DNA of 64,000 nucleotides, taken from assembly GCA_964016885.1 (NCBI GenBank), contig OZ024740.1, forward strand, positions 138,694,001 through 138,758,000. Direction: 5' to 3'. Positions 1 to 14,722 of the stretch are shown piece by piece. A program made the position numbers and the translations under genes. The first letter of the stretch is position 1, and each line of letters begins with the position of its first letter. Under the pieces are notes generated by a model, which saw only the letters and a program-made list of their open reading frames with translations, made no database searches and had not been told where the DNA came from. This stretch comes from Eledone cirrhosa (lineage: Eukaryota).

Positions 1-218
1 CACTCCATATGCTGGACGGTCACCTGGAAAAATTCAAGGACAATATGGGCGCCTACGCAGAAGAACAAGGCGAACGATTCCACCAAGATGTGAAAGAGAT
101 AGAGCGGAGGTACCAGGGCCACTACAATGAAAAAATGATGGGGGACTATATCTGGGGGCTAGTGCGGGAATGCAACCTAGACTACAACCGCAAATCCAGG
201 AAATCCAGTCATTTCTGA
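1..218 (+). CDS. Transposase C-terminal fragment, truncated by the window start
   Basis: GERFHQD and RYQG motifs; stop codon at 216-218. Confidence 0.7.
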   Translation, partial: LHMLDGHLEKFKDNMGAYAEEQGERFHQDVKEIERRYQGHYNEKMMGDYIWGLVRECNLDYNRKSRKSSHF

Positions 219-497
219 CGTGTATAAGTTGCTTTATAAGTGTTATTTGTTTTTACTTGTTTGCTTTTGATAAGCTTGTGTAATAAAATAAATATATACT
301 CTGTTGATTTAATTATATGAACTGATAAATTAAAAGAAAATGTGTTTTTTTTTGAAAATTATGAAAATTTCGAAATATCAAACTCCTGACCACAAACCCA
401 AACTTCTGATTAAATAATAGTGTTTTTTTAAAATAATAATGGGATATAACAAACCATGACACTTAGAACCGGGGAACAAAAAATATGTTACACGGTG
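1..497 (+). mobile_element. 3' end of a Chapaev3-like (CMC) DNA transposon: transposase C-terminus plus right terminus
   Basis: ORF to 218 reads HMLDGHLEKFKDNMGAYAEEQGERFHQD..RRYQG..MMGDYIWGL, the GERFHQD-type C-terminal motif. The element ends ...ggggaacaaaaaatatgttacacggtg (497) followed by TAA. The reverse complement CACCGTGTAACATATTTTTTGTTCC fits the CAC terminus and TWA target of Chapaev3 as I recall them. Confidence 0.7.
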
Positions 498-1074
498 TAA
501 TTAGTCGAAATTGTATTTTGTTCTGGGAAGGGTTATCCAAAAAAACAATGAGGTATTTTTTAGTGAAAGAATTGTAATTCTGTGTTAGTTTATTTATTCA
601 ATGCATACTTTAGATAGGCTTTGTCGAACGATTAAGTAATTTACGATTTAAAAAAGACCCCAAAGTATATAGAATATTGAGTATAAATACAGTTTCATTT
701 ATACGAAACTTTACGTGTTATAACGCGTTTCACAGAAGTAGTTTTGGTCGGCAAAACACATTATATTACATAAGCTGATGCTTTAAGATTAACATATTTT
801 AATCTCAATGATATATATATATAAAGGCCCGTTTTAGAATCAGAAATCAGAAATCAGAAATCTCCATGTTTTTTGTTAGATGTATGTATATTTCTATATG
901 TATATTTATATGTGAATGTATGTATGTGTAAGTGTGCATATGTATGTATTCATTCACTTATGTATAAATGTTGTGTATGTTACGTGTGTAGATAAGTATA
1001 TAACTACAGTAGTTATATATACATATATGTACGTATGCATGTATGTGTTTATTTGACAGTATATAAACATTTGT

Positions 1075-1131
<57 letters not shown>

Positions 1132-1734
1132 GATATATATATATACTTATATACATATATATATATGAATTTATAAACATTCTTATATATATATATATAT
1201 CTAAGTGTGCATATTTGTGTGTATGTCTGCATGTATATGTATGTGTTTATATTATATACAAACACATATGGTACGCTGCATATTTGTGCACGTGTCTAAC
1301 AACGATGCACGATCTAGAAGGAAATTGACGTTAGCGGTGAGGGCAGCGGTGGGGGTAAGAATTTATTTGGTGGTGATGGTAGCGGTGGTGTTGGTGGTTG
1401 TGATGGCGGTGGCGGAAATGGTAGTGGTGCTGGTAATAGGGGCTAGGATTATTATGTATGACTCATACATCAAGTTGCCGGCAGCCTGCTACAAACGGCA
1501 GCAATATAATACGCAATCGACGCCTTTATTGAATGAAAGCTACAAACCGAAGCTCCACGACAGCACCACCACCGTTCACAATCATTGCCGCCTCTACCAC
1601 ACCACCATCACCATCAGTACTATCAATACCATCAGCACCACTAACATCGATACATCTACTACAACACCACCATCACCACTAATAACAATCACTGCCGTGT
1701 GGTGATTTGAGTACCATCACTATCATCAATGTCA

Positions 1735-2205
1735 CCAACAACGTTACTACCACTACCAACACCACCAATACTATCACCACCAACATTACTACCACTACCA
1801 ACAACACCAATACTATCACCACCAACATTACTACCACTACCAACACCACCAATACTATCACCACCAACATTACTACCACTACCAACACCACCAATACTAT
1901 CATCACCAACATTACTACCACTACCAACAACACCAATACTATCACCACCAACATTACTACCACTACCAACAACACCAATACTATCACCACCAACATTACT
2001 ACCACTACCAACACCACCAATACTATCACCACCAACATTACTACCACTACCAACACCACCAATACTATCACCACCAACATTACTACCACTACCAACAACA
2101 CCAATACTATCATCACCAACATTACTACCACTACCAACAACACCAATACTATCACCACCAACATTACTACCACTACCAACACCACCAATACTATCACCAC
2201 CACCA
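1735..2205. repeat. 42-bp ACC-rich minisatellite, about 11 copies
   Basis: Unit accaacattactaccactaccaacaccaccaatactatcacc; translates as the 14-aa repeat TNITTTTNTTNTIT. Confidence 0.95.
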
Positions 2206-2597
2206 ACACTAACAACAATACCAACTATAATACCAACACCACTAACAATCCCTCCACAAACAACAGCAAAACACCACCACCATTAAGTTTACCAACACCA
2301 CTACACCAATAACGACACTCCAACCAACACCAACATCAACATCAACATCAACATCAGTACCATCAACATTACCAACAATATTACAATCACCGCCACCCCC
2401 AAACCCTACCACCATTACCCTTCACAATCTGTTAGCGCTACCACCATTATCAAACCACTAGGATCACTACCATTTGTATCACCACTACCACCACTACCAC
2501 CATTGCCACCACTCTACCATATACTGCTGCCCCACGATTACTATTCTCACTACCTCTACTAAAGATACAAATACCACCACTTCTACTACAGATATTA

Positions 2598-4590
2598 ATA
2601 TCACCACTAACATCACTACCATCTCTATCACCACTACCACCACTACCACCACTAACATCACTACCATCTCTATCACCACTACCACCACTACCACCACTAA
2701 CATCACTACCACCTCTATCACCACTACCACCACTACCACCACTAACATCACTACCATCTCTATCACCACTACCACCACTACCACCACTAACATCACTACC
2801 ATCTCTATCACCACTACCACCACTACCACCACTAACATCACTACCACCTCTATCACCACTACCACCACTACCACCACTAACATCACTACCATCTCTATCA
2901 CCACTACCACCACTACCACCGCTAACATCACTACCATCTCTATCACCACTACCACCACTACCACCACTAACATCACTACCATCTCTATCACCACTACCAC
3001 CACTACCACCACTAACGTCACTACCACCTCTATCACCACTACCAGCACTACCACCACTAACATCACTACCACCTCTATCACCACTACCAGCACTACCACC
3101 ACTAACATCACTACCATCTCTATCACCACTACCACCACTACCACCACTACCACCACTAACATCACTACCACCTCTATCACCACTACCAGCACTACCACCA
3201 CTAACATCACTACCACCTCTATCAACACTACCACCACTACCACCACTAACATCACTACCACCTCTATCACCACTACCACCACTACCACCACTAACATCAC
3301 TACCATCTCTATCACCACTACCACCACTACCACCACTAACATCACTACCACCTCTATCAACACTACCACCACTACCACCACTAACATCACTACCATCTCT
3401 ATCACCACTACCACCACTATCGCCACTAACATCACTACCACCTCTATCACCACTACCACCACTACCACCACTAACATCACTACCACCTCTATCACCACTA
3501 CCACCACTACCACCACTAACATCACTACCACCTCTATCACCACTACCACCACTACCACCACTAACATCACTACCATCTCTATCACCACTACCACCACTAC
3601 CACCACTAACATCACTACCATCTCTATCACCACTACCACCACTACCACCACTAACATCACTACCACCTCTATCACCACTACCACCACTACCACCACTAAC
3701 ATCACTACCATCTCTATCACCACTACCACCACTATCACCACTGACATCACTACCATCTCTATCACCACTACCACCACTAACATCACTACCATCTCTATCA
3801 CCACTACCACCACTAACATCACTACCATCTCTATCACCACTACCACCACTATCACCACTAACATCACTACCATCTCTATCACCACTACCACCACTACCAC
3901 CACTAACATCACTACCATCTCTATCACCACTACCACCACTACCACCACTATCACCACTAACATCACTACCATCTCTATCACCACTACCACCACTACCACC
4001 ACTACCACCACTAACATCACTACCACCTCTATCACCACTACCACCACTACCACCACTAACATCACTACCATCTCTATCACCACTACCACCACTACCACGA
4101 CTGACATCACTACCATCTCTATCACCACTACCACCACTACCACCACTAACATCACTACCATCTCTATCACCACTACCACCACTATCACCACTAACATCAC
4201 TACCACCTCTATCAACACTACCACCACTACCACCACTAACATCACTACCATCTCTATCACCACTACCACCACTACCACCACTAACATCACTACCACCACT
4301 ACCACCGCTACAACCATTACCACCACTACCACCACTATCACTACCACCACTACCACCACTACCACCACTACCACCACTATCACTACCACCACTACCACCA
4401 CTACCACCATTACCACCACTACCACCACAACCACCATTACCACCACTATCACTACCACCATTACCACCACTACCACCACTATCACTACCACCACTACCAC
4501 CATTACCACCATTATCACTACCACCACTACCACCACTACCACCATTACCACCATTATCACTACCACCACAACCACCATTACCACTACTAT
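2598..4590. repeat. 45-bp ACC-rich minisatellite decaying into (ACC/ACT)n after about 4290
   Basis: Unit aacatcactaccatctctatcaccactaccaccactaccaccact, with length variants of 9 bp. Confidence 0.95.
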
Positions 4591-5074
4591 TTTGGGTATT
4601 TCCAAGAAAACCAGTGTTTAAACATTAGAAAACATTCTGTACAACAAAGATTAATCAAATCGTTGAAAAGTATATAATAAGCCTTAAAAAATATTCAACA
4701 TGTAAATTATAGTCTGTTGGTAAACTATATAGGCCTAAATGAGTTCGAGAGGCCCCTATGTTCGTGGCGTCCCCTCGCAACTCCCAGCCTTACGACGCCC
4801 TGGCACACACACACATTTTCGCACAAACCGCTCCATTCAAACACTATCAGCACTACTATAGCGACTTCCGTGATTCAAGCTTTACTATGACAGCAGCGGC
4901 ACCACCAAAACCGCCGCCGCCACCAATACCATCACTGTCGCCACGACGACGAACGCCACCACCGCTGCTGCAATTTCCACAACCTCGGCCATCACCACCA
5001 ACACCGTTGTCGCCACCATTACCATTGCTTCCATCACCACTATTAGCGCTATCGCAACAATCACCACGACTGAC

Positions 5075-5770
5075 ACCACCACCACAACCATCGCTTGCAT
5101 CACCACCATCTCCGTTATCGCAACAACCACCACCATCATCGCAACAACCGCAGCTTGCATCACCGCCATCGCAACAACCACCACCATCACCATAATCGCA
5201 ACAACCACCGCTTGCATCACCACCGTCACCGCCATCGCAACAACCACCACCATTAACACCGCTTGCATCACCACCAGCACCGCCATCGCAACAACCACCA
5301 CCATTAACACCGCTGCGTCACCACCATCACCACCATCGCAACTACTACCACCATTAACACCGCTGCGTCACCACCATCACCGCCATCGCAACAACCACCA
5401 CCATTAACACCGCTTGCATCACCACCATCACCGCCATCGTAACTACTACCACCATTAACACCGCTGCGTCACCACCATCACCACCATCGCAACAACCACC
5501 ACCATTAACACCGCTTGCGTCACCACCATCACCGCCATCGCAACAACCACCACCATTACCACCGCTGTCGCAACAACCACCACCATCACCGCCATCGCAA
5601 CAACCACCACCATTACCACCGCTGTCGCAACAACCACCACCATCACCGCCATCGCAACAACCACCACCATTACCACCGCTGTCGCAACAATCACCACCAT
5701 TACCACAGCTTGCGTCACCACCGTCACCACTGTCGCAACCACCACCACCACCACCACCACCACCATCACT
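5075..5770. repeat. Approximately 42-51 bp minisatellite
   Basis: Repeated caccgcttgcatcaccaccatcaccgccatcgcaacaaccaccaccattaa and shorter variants. Confidence 0.9.
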
Positions 5771-5924
5771 CACACTCCACATACGACCACCCTTCTTATA
5801 TCCTCTCCTCTCTCTCTCAGAGTTTCCCCCTTCCGTTTTAAAGTTTTTTTTTCCTTATTTCCGATTATTTATTCCTTCGATATTCTGATCAGTTTCCGTT
5901 CAGAAATATCGTCCCGGGTCAATC

Positions 5925-7015
5925 CGCATCACCATCACCACCACTATCACAACCATCAATTTAAGTATCATCATCATCATCATTACCAACACTGCAACCG
6001 CCCCCATTACCACCACAAGCTCTACAACTACCAGCATCATAACCACTGCCACCACCATTACTATCATCAGTACCATCAACATCAATGCCAAGTTCACCTT
6101 CACTACTATTATCACTACCACAACCACCATCACCACCACCACCACTACAACCATCATCACCATTACCACCATCACTACGACAACCACCACTACTACCATC
6201 ATCATTATTATCACCATCACCACCACTACCACTACCACCATCACCACCACTACCACTAACACCATCACCACCACTACCACTACCACCATCGCCACAACAA
6301 TCACCATCACCACCACTACGACTACCCACCATCACCACTACATTCACCACCACTACCACTACCACCATCACCACCATTACCACTACCACCATCGCCACTA
6401 CAATCACCATCACCACCACCACCACCATCACTACCACTACCCACCATCACCACTACCACTACCACCATCACCACCATTACCACTACCACCATCGCCACTA
6501 CAATCACCATCACCACCACTACCACCACTACAATCACCATCACCACCACTACCACCATCACCACCACTACCACCATCACTACCACTAGCACCATCACCAC
6601 TACAATCACCATCACCACCACCACCACCATCACTACCACTACCCACTATCACCATCACCACCACCATCACTACCCACCATCATCAGTACAATCACCATCA
6701 CCACCACCATCACTACCACTATCACCACTACAATCACCATCAACACCACCATCACTACCACTACCTACCATCACCACTACAATCACCATCACCACCACCA
6801 TCACTACCACTACCCACCATCACCACCACCACCACCATCACTACCACTACGCACCATCACCACCACCACCATCACTACCACTACTCACCATCACCACCAC
6901 CACCACCATCACTACCACTACCCACCATCACCACCACCACCATCACTACCACTACTCACCATCACCACCACCACCACCATCACCACCACTACCCACCTCA
7001 CCATCACCACCAACA
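5925..7015. repeat. Degenerate (CAC/CAT/TAC)n low-complexity tract
   Basis: Continuous caccaccatcactacc-type triplets. Confidence 0.9.
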
Positions 7016-7149
7016 GCAATAACAATAGTACTCCAAGTCAAACAAATTTGTCGACTATTATCTACCTACCTGTCTATTAAAATACATATATCCATCTACA
7101 TCTCCTGTGCAGTGTAACTTGCCATCCCCATTGGTGACGCCAGTGAAAT

Positions 7150-7370
7150 GCGCCGAACTCGTTGGTCATTGTAAGTATCAACAACACCACTGGCAACAAG
7201 TAAAACTCCCCATGAGGTTCAGTGGGCTCGACCTCAGCTCAACATCCGATTTGGTACAGCTGGTCTACCTTCCAGCTATCATTTTCAGCTGTGCCCTCAT
7301 GCACCAGGTACTGCGGAAAACATCAGAACCCGTAGACCGGGAATTCGAATCATCTCTGGCCGTTTGAGTT
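7150..7370 (+). mobile_element. Eroded non-LTR retrotransposon fragment, CRE/RLE-type region after the RT domain
   Basis: Translation WQQVKLPMRFSGLDLSSTSDLVQLVYL resembles the WxQAxLPxxxGGLG motif. Confidence 0.45.
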
Positions 7371-9625
7371 AACGATGGCCTCACTGTCCCTCATATTTCA
7401 GATTACTAACACAACTGGGACAATATCAAGTGTAGCTCAACCTGCACGATGATCGTGTCTTACCTAAACAAACACCTGAAATGTCATATGTGACACGTTC
7501 TTCGGTGTCAATCTCATTGCCTCGGCTATAACTCTGAGCACCGTCGCTCGTAACGCAGAAGAGCGGAAGGTAACCAAATATCCGGTTTTGACTGCTTCCT
7601 TTTTTGTGCTGATTGTTATCGAGACTGCCGGTATCCTCAGTCATTGGATTGCCAATTTCCTGCGTAAAATCGGAACTGAATCTTATCCCAGGAAAGACAC
7701 ACGTAAGGTGAAATGACTGATGTAGCAGGTGTCGCTAGCTTTTCTCGACGGCAATGCTATTGCCATCTTATCCGTGAGATACAGCTGACATGTACCGCAC
7801 AGCGAAGAATGTAGACACTGTCCCCTTCTTTTCTCTTTTCTCTTAAAAAAAACAAAAACAATTTCTTTCCCTCCCCTCCCCCTTTGTTGCTCTTTCCCTA
7901 TATTCTTGTCTGTTATTTAAATTTTTTTAGATACTTTCATTATATTTCGTTTCACTAATAAAGAACATTCTTTTTATTCAATAATTGATTTCATGACAAG
8001 GTTATAAAATGCCGATATGAGGTGGTGTCTGTACAACAGAACATACTTAATAGGTTGTATTATATGAAGTTCATCAAAGATTACCAATAGTATCAACACC
8101 ACCACTACCACCCAATGCGATTAATACGGCCACCACCACAACAAATGCGGGTAGGACCACCATTACCACCACAAGCAACGAGAGGATGACCACCACTGTC
8201 ATCAAAGGAATCTTGCTAATCTCAATCTTCCGTATCACATATGCATAAATGACCTAGAAAACGTATCACAGCTCACCTGGAACACTTATGGCACATTGAT
8301 GTCAGCAGTAGTAATATTGTTGTTTAGTCCCAAATCCGACCTGAATGAGCAGACCTTTGATTACAGACATTCCATCTGTGCCTATTTGGGGTGCTCGTTC
8401 GACTAGAGAGCAATTTAATATTTCGCAAGACACCTTTTATATTTGGCGGGGCCAATATCTCTAAATTCCAATACCAATTTTTAGTGATGTCGTAGTGGAG
8501 GTATGGAGCAAAACCAACAACAACAAAGGTCAAGAACCACTGCGCTAAGGTATGAACTGAGGATATGACTTTGATTACGTGGTGGCTCCATAGTTCGATG
8601 AAATTGTTTAGGAAACAATTAACTTCAACCCCAGTATACACATTATAGTGTCTTTTACTGAGCCCAGAATGATGAAAGCTAAGCTTAATCTTTCTACTGG
8701 ATATGATCTCAGAACCTCACTGGTTCCGACACGCTACGACAAATGGTTTAGTCATTATTCTCAACCGTTTCTGTCTTCAGAAATCGATAATTCTCATCAT
8801 AAAACACGGTAGAGAGTGCTGTGGCGCCCAATGTGATCACTGTCCCCACTCCTTACACACATACTCCACATATATTAATATGAACGTTGTCACGTATTAA
8901 TAAAACATTGTCACGGCAACACAGCGATTTCTAATGTCGAATGTTTCTTTCATTATAAGGAGATCCCCGAGCATTATTGTTGTTGTTGTTGTTTAAAGGA
9001 CTGCTGATAATGCCGCTGTTGATATGATACTGATATTATCCTTGACGTTGTTGTTTATTAGTACTGATAGGTCAACGGTTAGGTAGAATCTTTAGAGTGT
9101 TGGATAAAATGTTTTGCAATAATTATTCCAACTCTTAACGTTTTGAGTCCAAATCCTTCTGATGTCAATAAAATAAAGAACCAGCCAAGTACTTTGGTCG
9201 ATTTAATCGACTTTTTCCTCGCCCTAAAATTGCTGATGAATCTGGTATTGGTGGTGGTGTATAGTCTAAGGAGAACTCTGAGCAAGCTGACCTTTCCCTA
9301 TTGGAGAGCCTGTTGTTGGGTTGAATTTTGATGTTGGTTTGCAATCCAGGTCAGTGCCAATCAAGCAGACCTATGGTCAACGACATTTCAGTCATGACCA
9401 ACCCATTTTCAGACAGAGCTTAGGATCAACATAATCCAACATAACATGCCTTAATTAAAGAATACGGAGGGCGATTTAGCTACTATAGCAAGCAAACCAA
9501 GTGACCACATAAAGAGCTCAAGTGAACTCTTGTTGTTGTAGTTGTTGCTGCTGTTGCTGCAGTTGCAACTGTTGTTGGTGTTGTTGTTGTCATTGTAGTT
9601 CGCACCTAGCTTCAGGAAATATTTA

Positions 9626-9666
<41 letters not shown>

Positions 9667-9954
9667 CAACACCACCGCCATCTCCACCACCACCACAATC
9701 ACCTCTACCACCACATACACATCTTCCACCACGCCTACCATCACTACCACAACTATCATCATTACAAGCGAGTGTGTTCTCTCTAAGACATCACTATCAA
9801 TTCATCTTTGAAGATCGTGACAAACACTTTAAAAAATAGCGACGTTTCTGATTGTTATAATCAATAGGATAATTTAACTTTAGGCCAGATCTTTTCGATT
9901 CCATCGATTAACAGCCACACAATCTGTTTCTCTCTCCACCTCTCTCTCTCGCTC

Positions 9955-10013
<59 letters not shown>

Positions 10014-10124
10014 CCCTGTGCGTGTGCGTCTCGTGTTTTTAATGTTTATATGTATGCATCTATGCATATACATGTTTGTGTATGAGTGTACATACGTGTA
10101 TATGCGTGTACATACGTGTATATG

Positions 10125-10157
<33 letters not shown>

Positions 10158-10252
10158 GGAGACAGAGAGAGATTTAATTCCACAACAATTACTAAACCAT
10201 ACTTGAGAACACGCGTTTCGCTTAAAAAGGATTTTCAACTCGTGTATGGTTA

Positions 10253-10328
<76 letters not shown>

Positions 10329-10420
10329 TTAGTTTATATTGGTTGTATACCAACACCTCAGTATGCAGGCTGGAGCACTCGACGAAGTGCGCAGGTTAGT
10401 TTGGTTACTCCGGAGTAGTG

Positions 10421-10802
10421 TAAAATAAAGTTAAATAAAAGTCAAATGATTAAAATTTAGCTTCGTTTATTACTGCTATATATATTTCAGTGACAGCCAT
10501 CTTTGGCTGTGACCTCTTCAGGCAGTTTGAATTAGTATGGTATAGACAAGTACATATGTTGTTGAGGTGTATAATATTGTCGATACTCTGATATGCCCAG
10601 TTCCTTGTTGGGTTGTTATTTCACTGAGGAACTGGAGTCATATGACAATATTATACACCTCAACAACATATGTACTTGTCTATACCATACTAATTCAAAC
10701 TGCCTGAAGAGGGCACAGCCAAAGATGGCTGTCACTGAAATATATATATCAGTAATAAACGAAGCTAAATTTTAATCATTTGACTTTTATTTAACTTTAT
10801 TT

Positions 10803-10856
<54 letters not shown>

Positions 10857-10907
10857 AAATAAAGTTAAATAAAAGTCAAATGATTAAAATTTAGCTTCGT
10901 TTATTAC
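10421..10907. repeat. Nested inverted repeats carrying a hammerhead motif (Penelope pLTR-like)
   Basis: Arms of about 161 bp at 10421-10581 and 10644-10804. A second fold-back, 10752-10810 versus 10849-10907, is centred on (TA)n. Confidence 0.9.
10472..10526 (-). ncRNA. Minimal type I hammerhead ribozyme motif
   Basis: Minus strand reads ACTGC-CTGAAGA-ggtcacagcca aaga tggctgtcact-GAAA-TATATA-TA-GCAGT: stem I ACTGC/GCAGT, a stem II, and a palindromic stem III. A second, slightly decayed copy lies on + at 10699-10753. Confidence 0.75.
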
Positions 10908-11740
10908 GTAGTCGAGGAATTTAGGAACAGTTTAGGTATGATACATTTTATTACTAATTATATCTAAATGTTTCTTCTCTCTTCATAATGTATTTTTAAC
11001 TCTGATACTGGTTCAGTCTGGTTCAAACTGAATTAGTCTGTCCCAGTCATTCATTGAGCAACATCGGTGAAGTTGGCACCCTTAACTCACAGTTGGGTGC
11101 GGATGCATTCATGTATATATGTGTGTGTCCGCATGTATCTGTGTGTTTCTAAATATATTAATAACTCCCTCTGGTCGAGCAATCTTTGAAGTGTGGGGAC
11201 AACTGGAAAGCTTCCATTACTCATACTTCTCGCCTTCTTCACTACCTCTTCTACGGCCTCGATATGAATACCCCCTCCGCCTCCGTGGTATTTTCTTCGT
11301 GGTTATAAGAGGCTTAGCTCCGTTTCTCGACCGTTATATCGCGTGACTGTCTCCCCCTCCGCCTTTTGGGATTCTTTCTCACGTCGTGTAGACGCGTTCC
11401 TGAGACTAGTAAAATGAGGTATCCTCTTGATAAGTTGGCAGACCTCGCAAGGACTCTATATCTTTGATATATTGTTTTTGTTTATGCCACGAAACTACGT
11501 AGTCGAGGAATTTAGGAACAGTTTAGGTATGATACATTTTATTACTAATTATATCTAAATGTTTCTTCTCTCTTCATAATGTATTTTTAACTCTGATACT
11601 GGTTCAGTCTGGTTCAAACTGAATTAGTCTGTCCCAGTCATTCATTGAGCAACATCGGTGAAGTTGGCACCCTTAACTCACAGTTGGGTGCGGATGCATT
11701 CATGTATATATGTGTGTGTCCGCATGTATCTGTGTGTTTC

Positions 11741-11749
<9 letters not shown>
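10905..11749 (+). mobile_element. Non-coding hammerhead-bearing module: 591-bp monomer plus 254-bp terminal direct repeat
   Basis: 10905-11158 is repeated at 11496-11749 (offset 591). The module ends in (TA)n. Confidence 0.8.
11422..11509 (+). ncRNA. Hammerhead ribozyme motif with U3:A8 core
   Basis: TCCTC-TTGATAA-gttggca...tgccac-GAAA-CTACGTAG-TC-GAGGA: 5-bp stem I, palindromic stem III and a GUC cleavage triplet. Confidence 0.75.
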
Positions 11750-11777
<28 letters not shown>

Positions 11778-12721
11778 AAAATTAAGATAAATCAAAATGA
11801 ATTTAATCTAAATCAAAATTAAGGGTGTCATGCCAGAAAGGCATGCGCCATATCACCCGTAAAATAAGCTCCAAGATTCTAATGAATAGGTCCGAGCATT
11901 TTATAACAACTAGAAATTGATTAACATATAAATAAACATATGAAACAATCACAGGGGATAATTTTCACAAGTGTGTAAGCACACATAGCTAGGTAGGTAA
12001 CTAAATAAAGTTAACTAGAACTTCAAAAATAGATACCTTATAATATGATTAATCTTCCCTGTATATATTCCATTAAAGAAATATATTTCACCAATTAATC
12101 GAATGGTAAACCACGGAGGCCGATACTTGGATTTTCAACAAGGAAGAAGTCCAGCGATCTGTGTTTACGCATTAAGTTCAAATCAGCGACTGGCCAGTAA
12201 CACATGTTGTATCTACTAAAAATACACACATCATACCAGCTTCGTCCCAGTGGCGTGAATAGGGTTATCGACAACTAGAAACAGCAGTCAAGTCCTTTCA
12301 ACAGAGTTAGCTCCACAATTAAGGAGCCGTATTTATATATCTATATAAAAAATTAAGAGAAATCAAAATGAATTTAATCTAAATCAAAATTATGTGTGTA
12401 TTTTTAGTAGATACAACATGTGTTACTGGCCAGTCGCTGATTTGAACTTAATGCGTAAACATAGATCGCTGGACTTCTTCCTTGTTGAAAATCCAAGTAT
12501 CGGCCTCCGTGGTTTACCATTCGATTAATTGGTGAAATATATTTCTTTAATGGAATATATACAGGGAAGATTAATCATATTATAAGATATCTATTTTTGA
12601 AGTTCTAGTTAACTTTATTTAGTTGCCTACCTAGCTATGTGTGCTTACACACTTGTAAAAATTATCCCCTGTGATTATTTCATATGTTTATTTATATGTT
12701 AATCAATTTCTAGTTGTTATA
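11778..12721. mobile_element. (TA)n-flanked module with a 44-bp direct repeat (offset 571) and a 330-bp inverted duplication
   Basis: 11778-11821 matches 12349-12392. 11902-12231 is inverted at 12392-12721 with a few mismatches. Confidence 0.85.
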
Positions 12722-13165
12722 TATATATATTATTCAAAATATTAATAACTTCATAAAACTTCTGTTGAGTGCTTTTAATCTATTGTAAAACTATATTCAT
12801 TGAATAATCAATGAACCTTGTTTAACATTTGGTTATATATATATATAGGTGTGTGTGTATGTGTGTGTGCTAAGCTTGAGACTCGTTACTCTGGAAGTTC
12901 TTCTGTAGATTACACAGGAGGTTAACGAAATACCTGCAACAGGTTTTAACTCTCAACCAGTAGACTAGTATATCTCAATAGTGTTACGACATCAAATGTT
13001 TACTCCATTTGAAATTTAGACCAGTTATTCTGGTGTCTTCATCTGGCCATTAACCTATTCCTCCCGTCGACAAACGTATTTGTCGCGTAATTATGTTATA
13101 GGCTTCTGTTGTGTTCAAGCTGCATGGCTTGGGACCATTCACATAAAGGGCAGCATTATCTATTA

Positions 13166-13280
13166 TTCAAATCCCGCCGAGGTTAACTTTGCCTTTCATC
13201 CTTACGGGGTCGATAAAATAAAGTACCAGTAATGAACTGGGTATTTGCTGGCCTTGTGCCTAAAGTAGAAACAATTATCT
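13166..13280 (+). mobile_element. 5'-truncated tRNA-derived SINE (family A, Meta-domain-like core)
   Basis: Core gcctttcatccttacggggtcgataaaataaagtaccag. TSD attatctattatt at 13155-13167 and 13274-13286. Confidence 0.85.
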
Positions 13281-13334
13281 ATTATTGCCTGATTTGTATG
13301 TATATTCCTCTTTCTTTCGCTCTGACTTTCTGTA

Positions 13335-13830
<496 letters not shown>

Positions 13831-14487
13831 CAGACAACCAGACAGAAATATCAGCAGATAGAGAGATATGTAAAAAGGTAGTTTTAAAAACATACGAATT
13901 CCAAAATTCATTTCTGATTTTTTTAAAAGATCATACACAAACATACAAGTGCAGACAACCATGTACGTACACACAGGCATATATATATATATAAGTATAT
14001 GTGCGCGTGTTTGTATTGGGCTCTATGTGTGTGTGCGTGCGCACGCGCGCGTGTGTATGTGCATATACACATGCACACATTCCCTCATAAACACACATAT
14101 ACAGTCGTACACATCTATAATAAGAATAGTCTTCTCATTTTATAGTGAACATGTATTTACAGAATACAACGTATAAACATGTTTTGTTTTGGTCTTTGTT
14201 GTTGTTTTGTTTGCCTTCCAAATCTTTGCTCTTTGTATTTATTTACCAAACATATGTTCTACCAGATAGAATATCGCTATTTTTTCATTTTTTGTAAAAT
14301 TTCCTTTTATTGTTCTTTCGTGTTTGTTATCAAATATCAATAACAACAATAACAAAAACAGTAATAACAATATTAACTGCAGCAACATCCAAATAATGTT
14401 CATGTTCTTTCTTCTCTGTAAATCAGAAAAAGCGTTTGGTATTTGTTATTTTTATTATATTAAATTATATATAAACACACACACATG

Positions 14488-14519
<32 letters not shown>

Positions 14520-14687
14520 ACACAAAAACACAGAGTGATAAACACACATATGTACATATACATACATACACACGTATATGTATTATTATTATTATTTTAT
14601 ATATATATATATAAATATATATAAATATACATATATATATATATATATGTACATATTTATGTATATATATATATATATATATATATT

Positions 14688-14722
<35 letters not shown>

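Noticed and set aside
720-735. GAAACGCGT half-motifs on the minus strand here and at about 10211-10220
   Set aside because: No CUGANGA-type core was found in the proper position.
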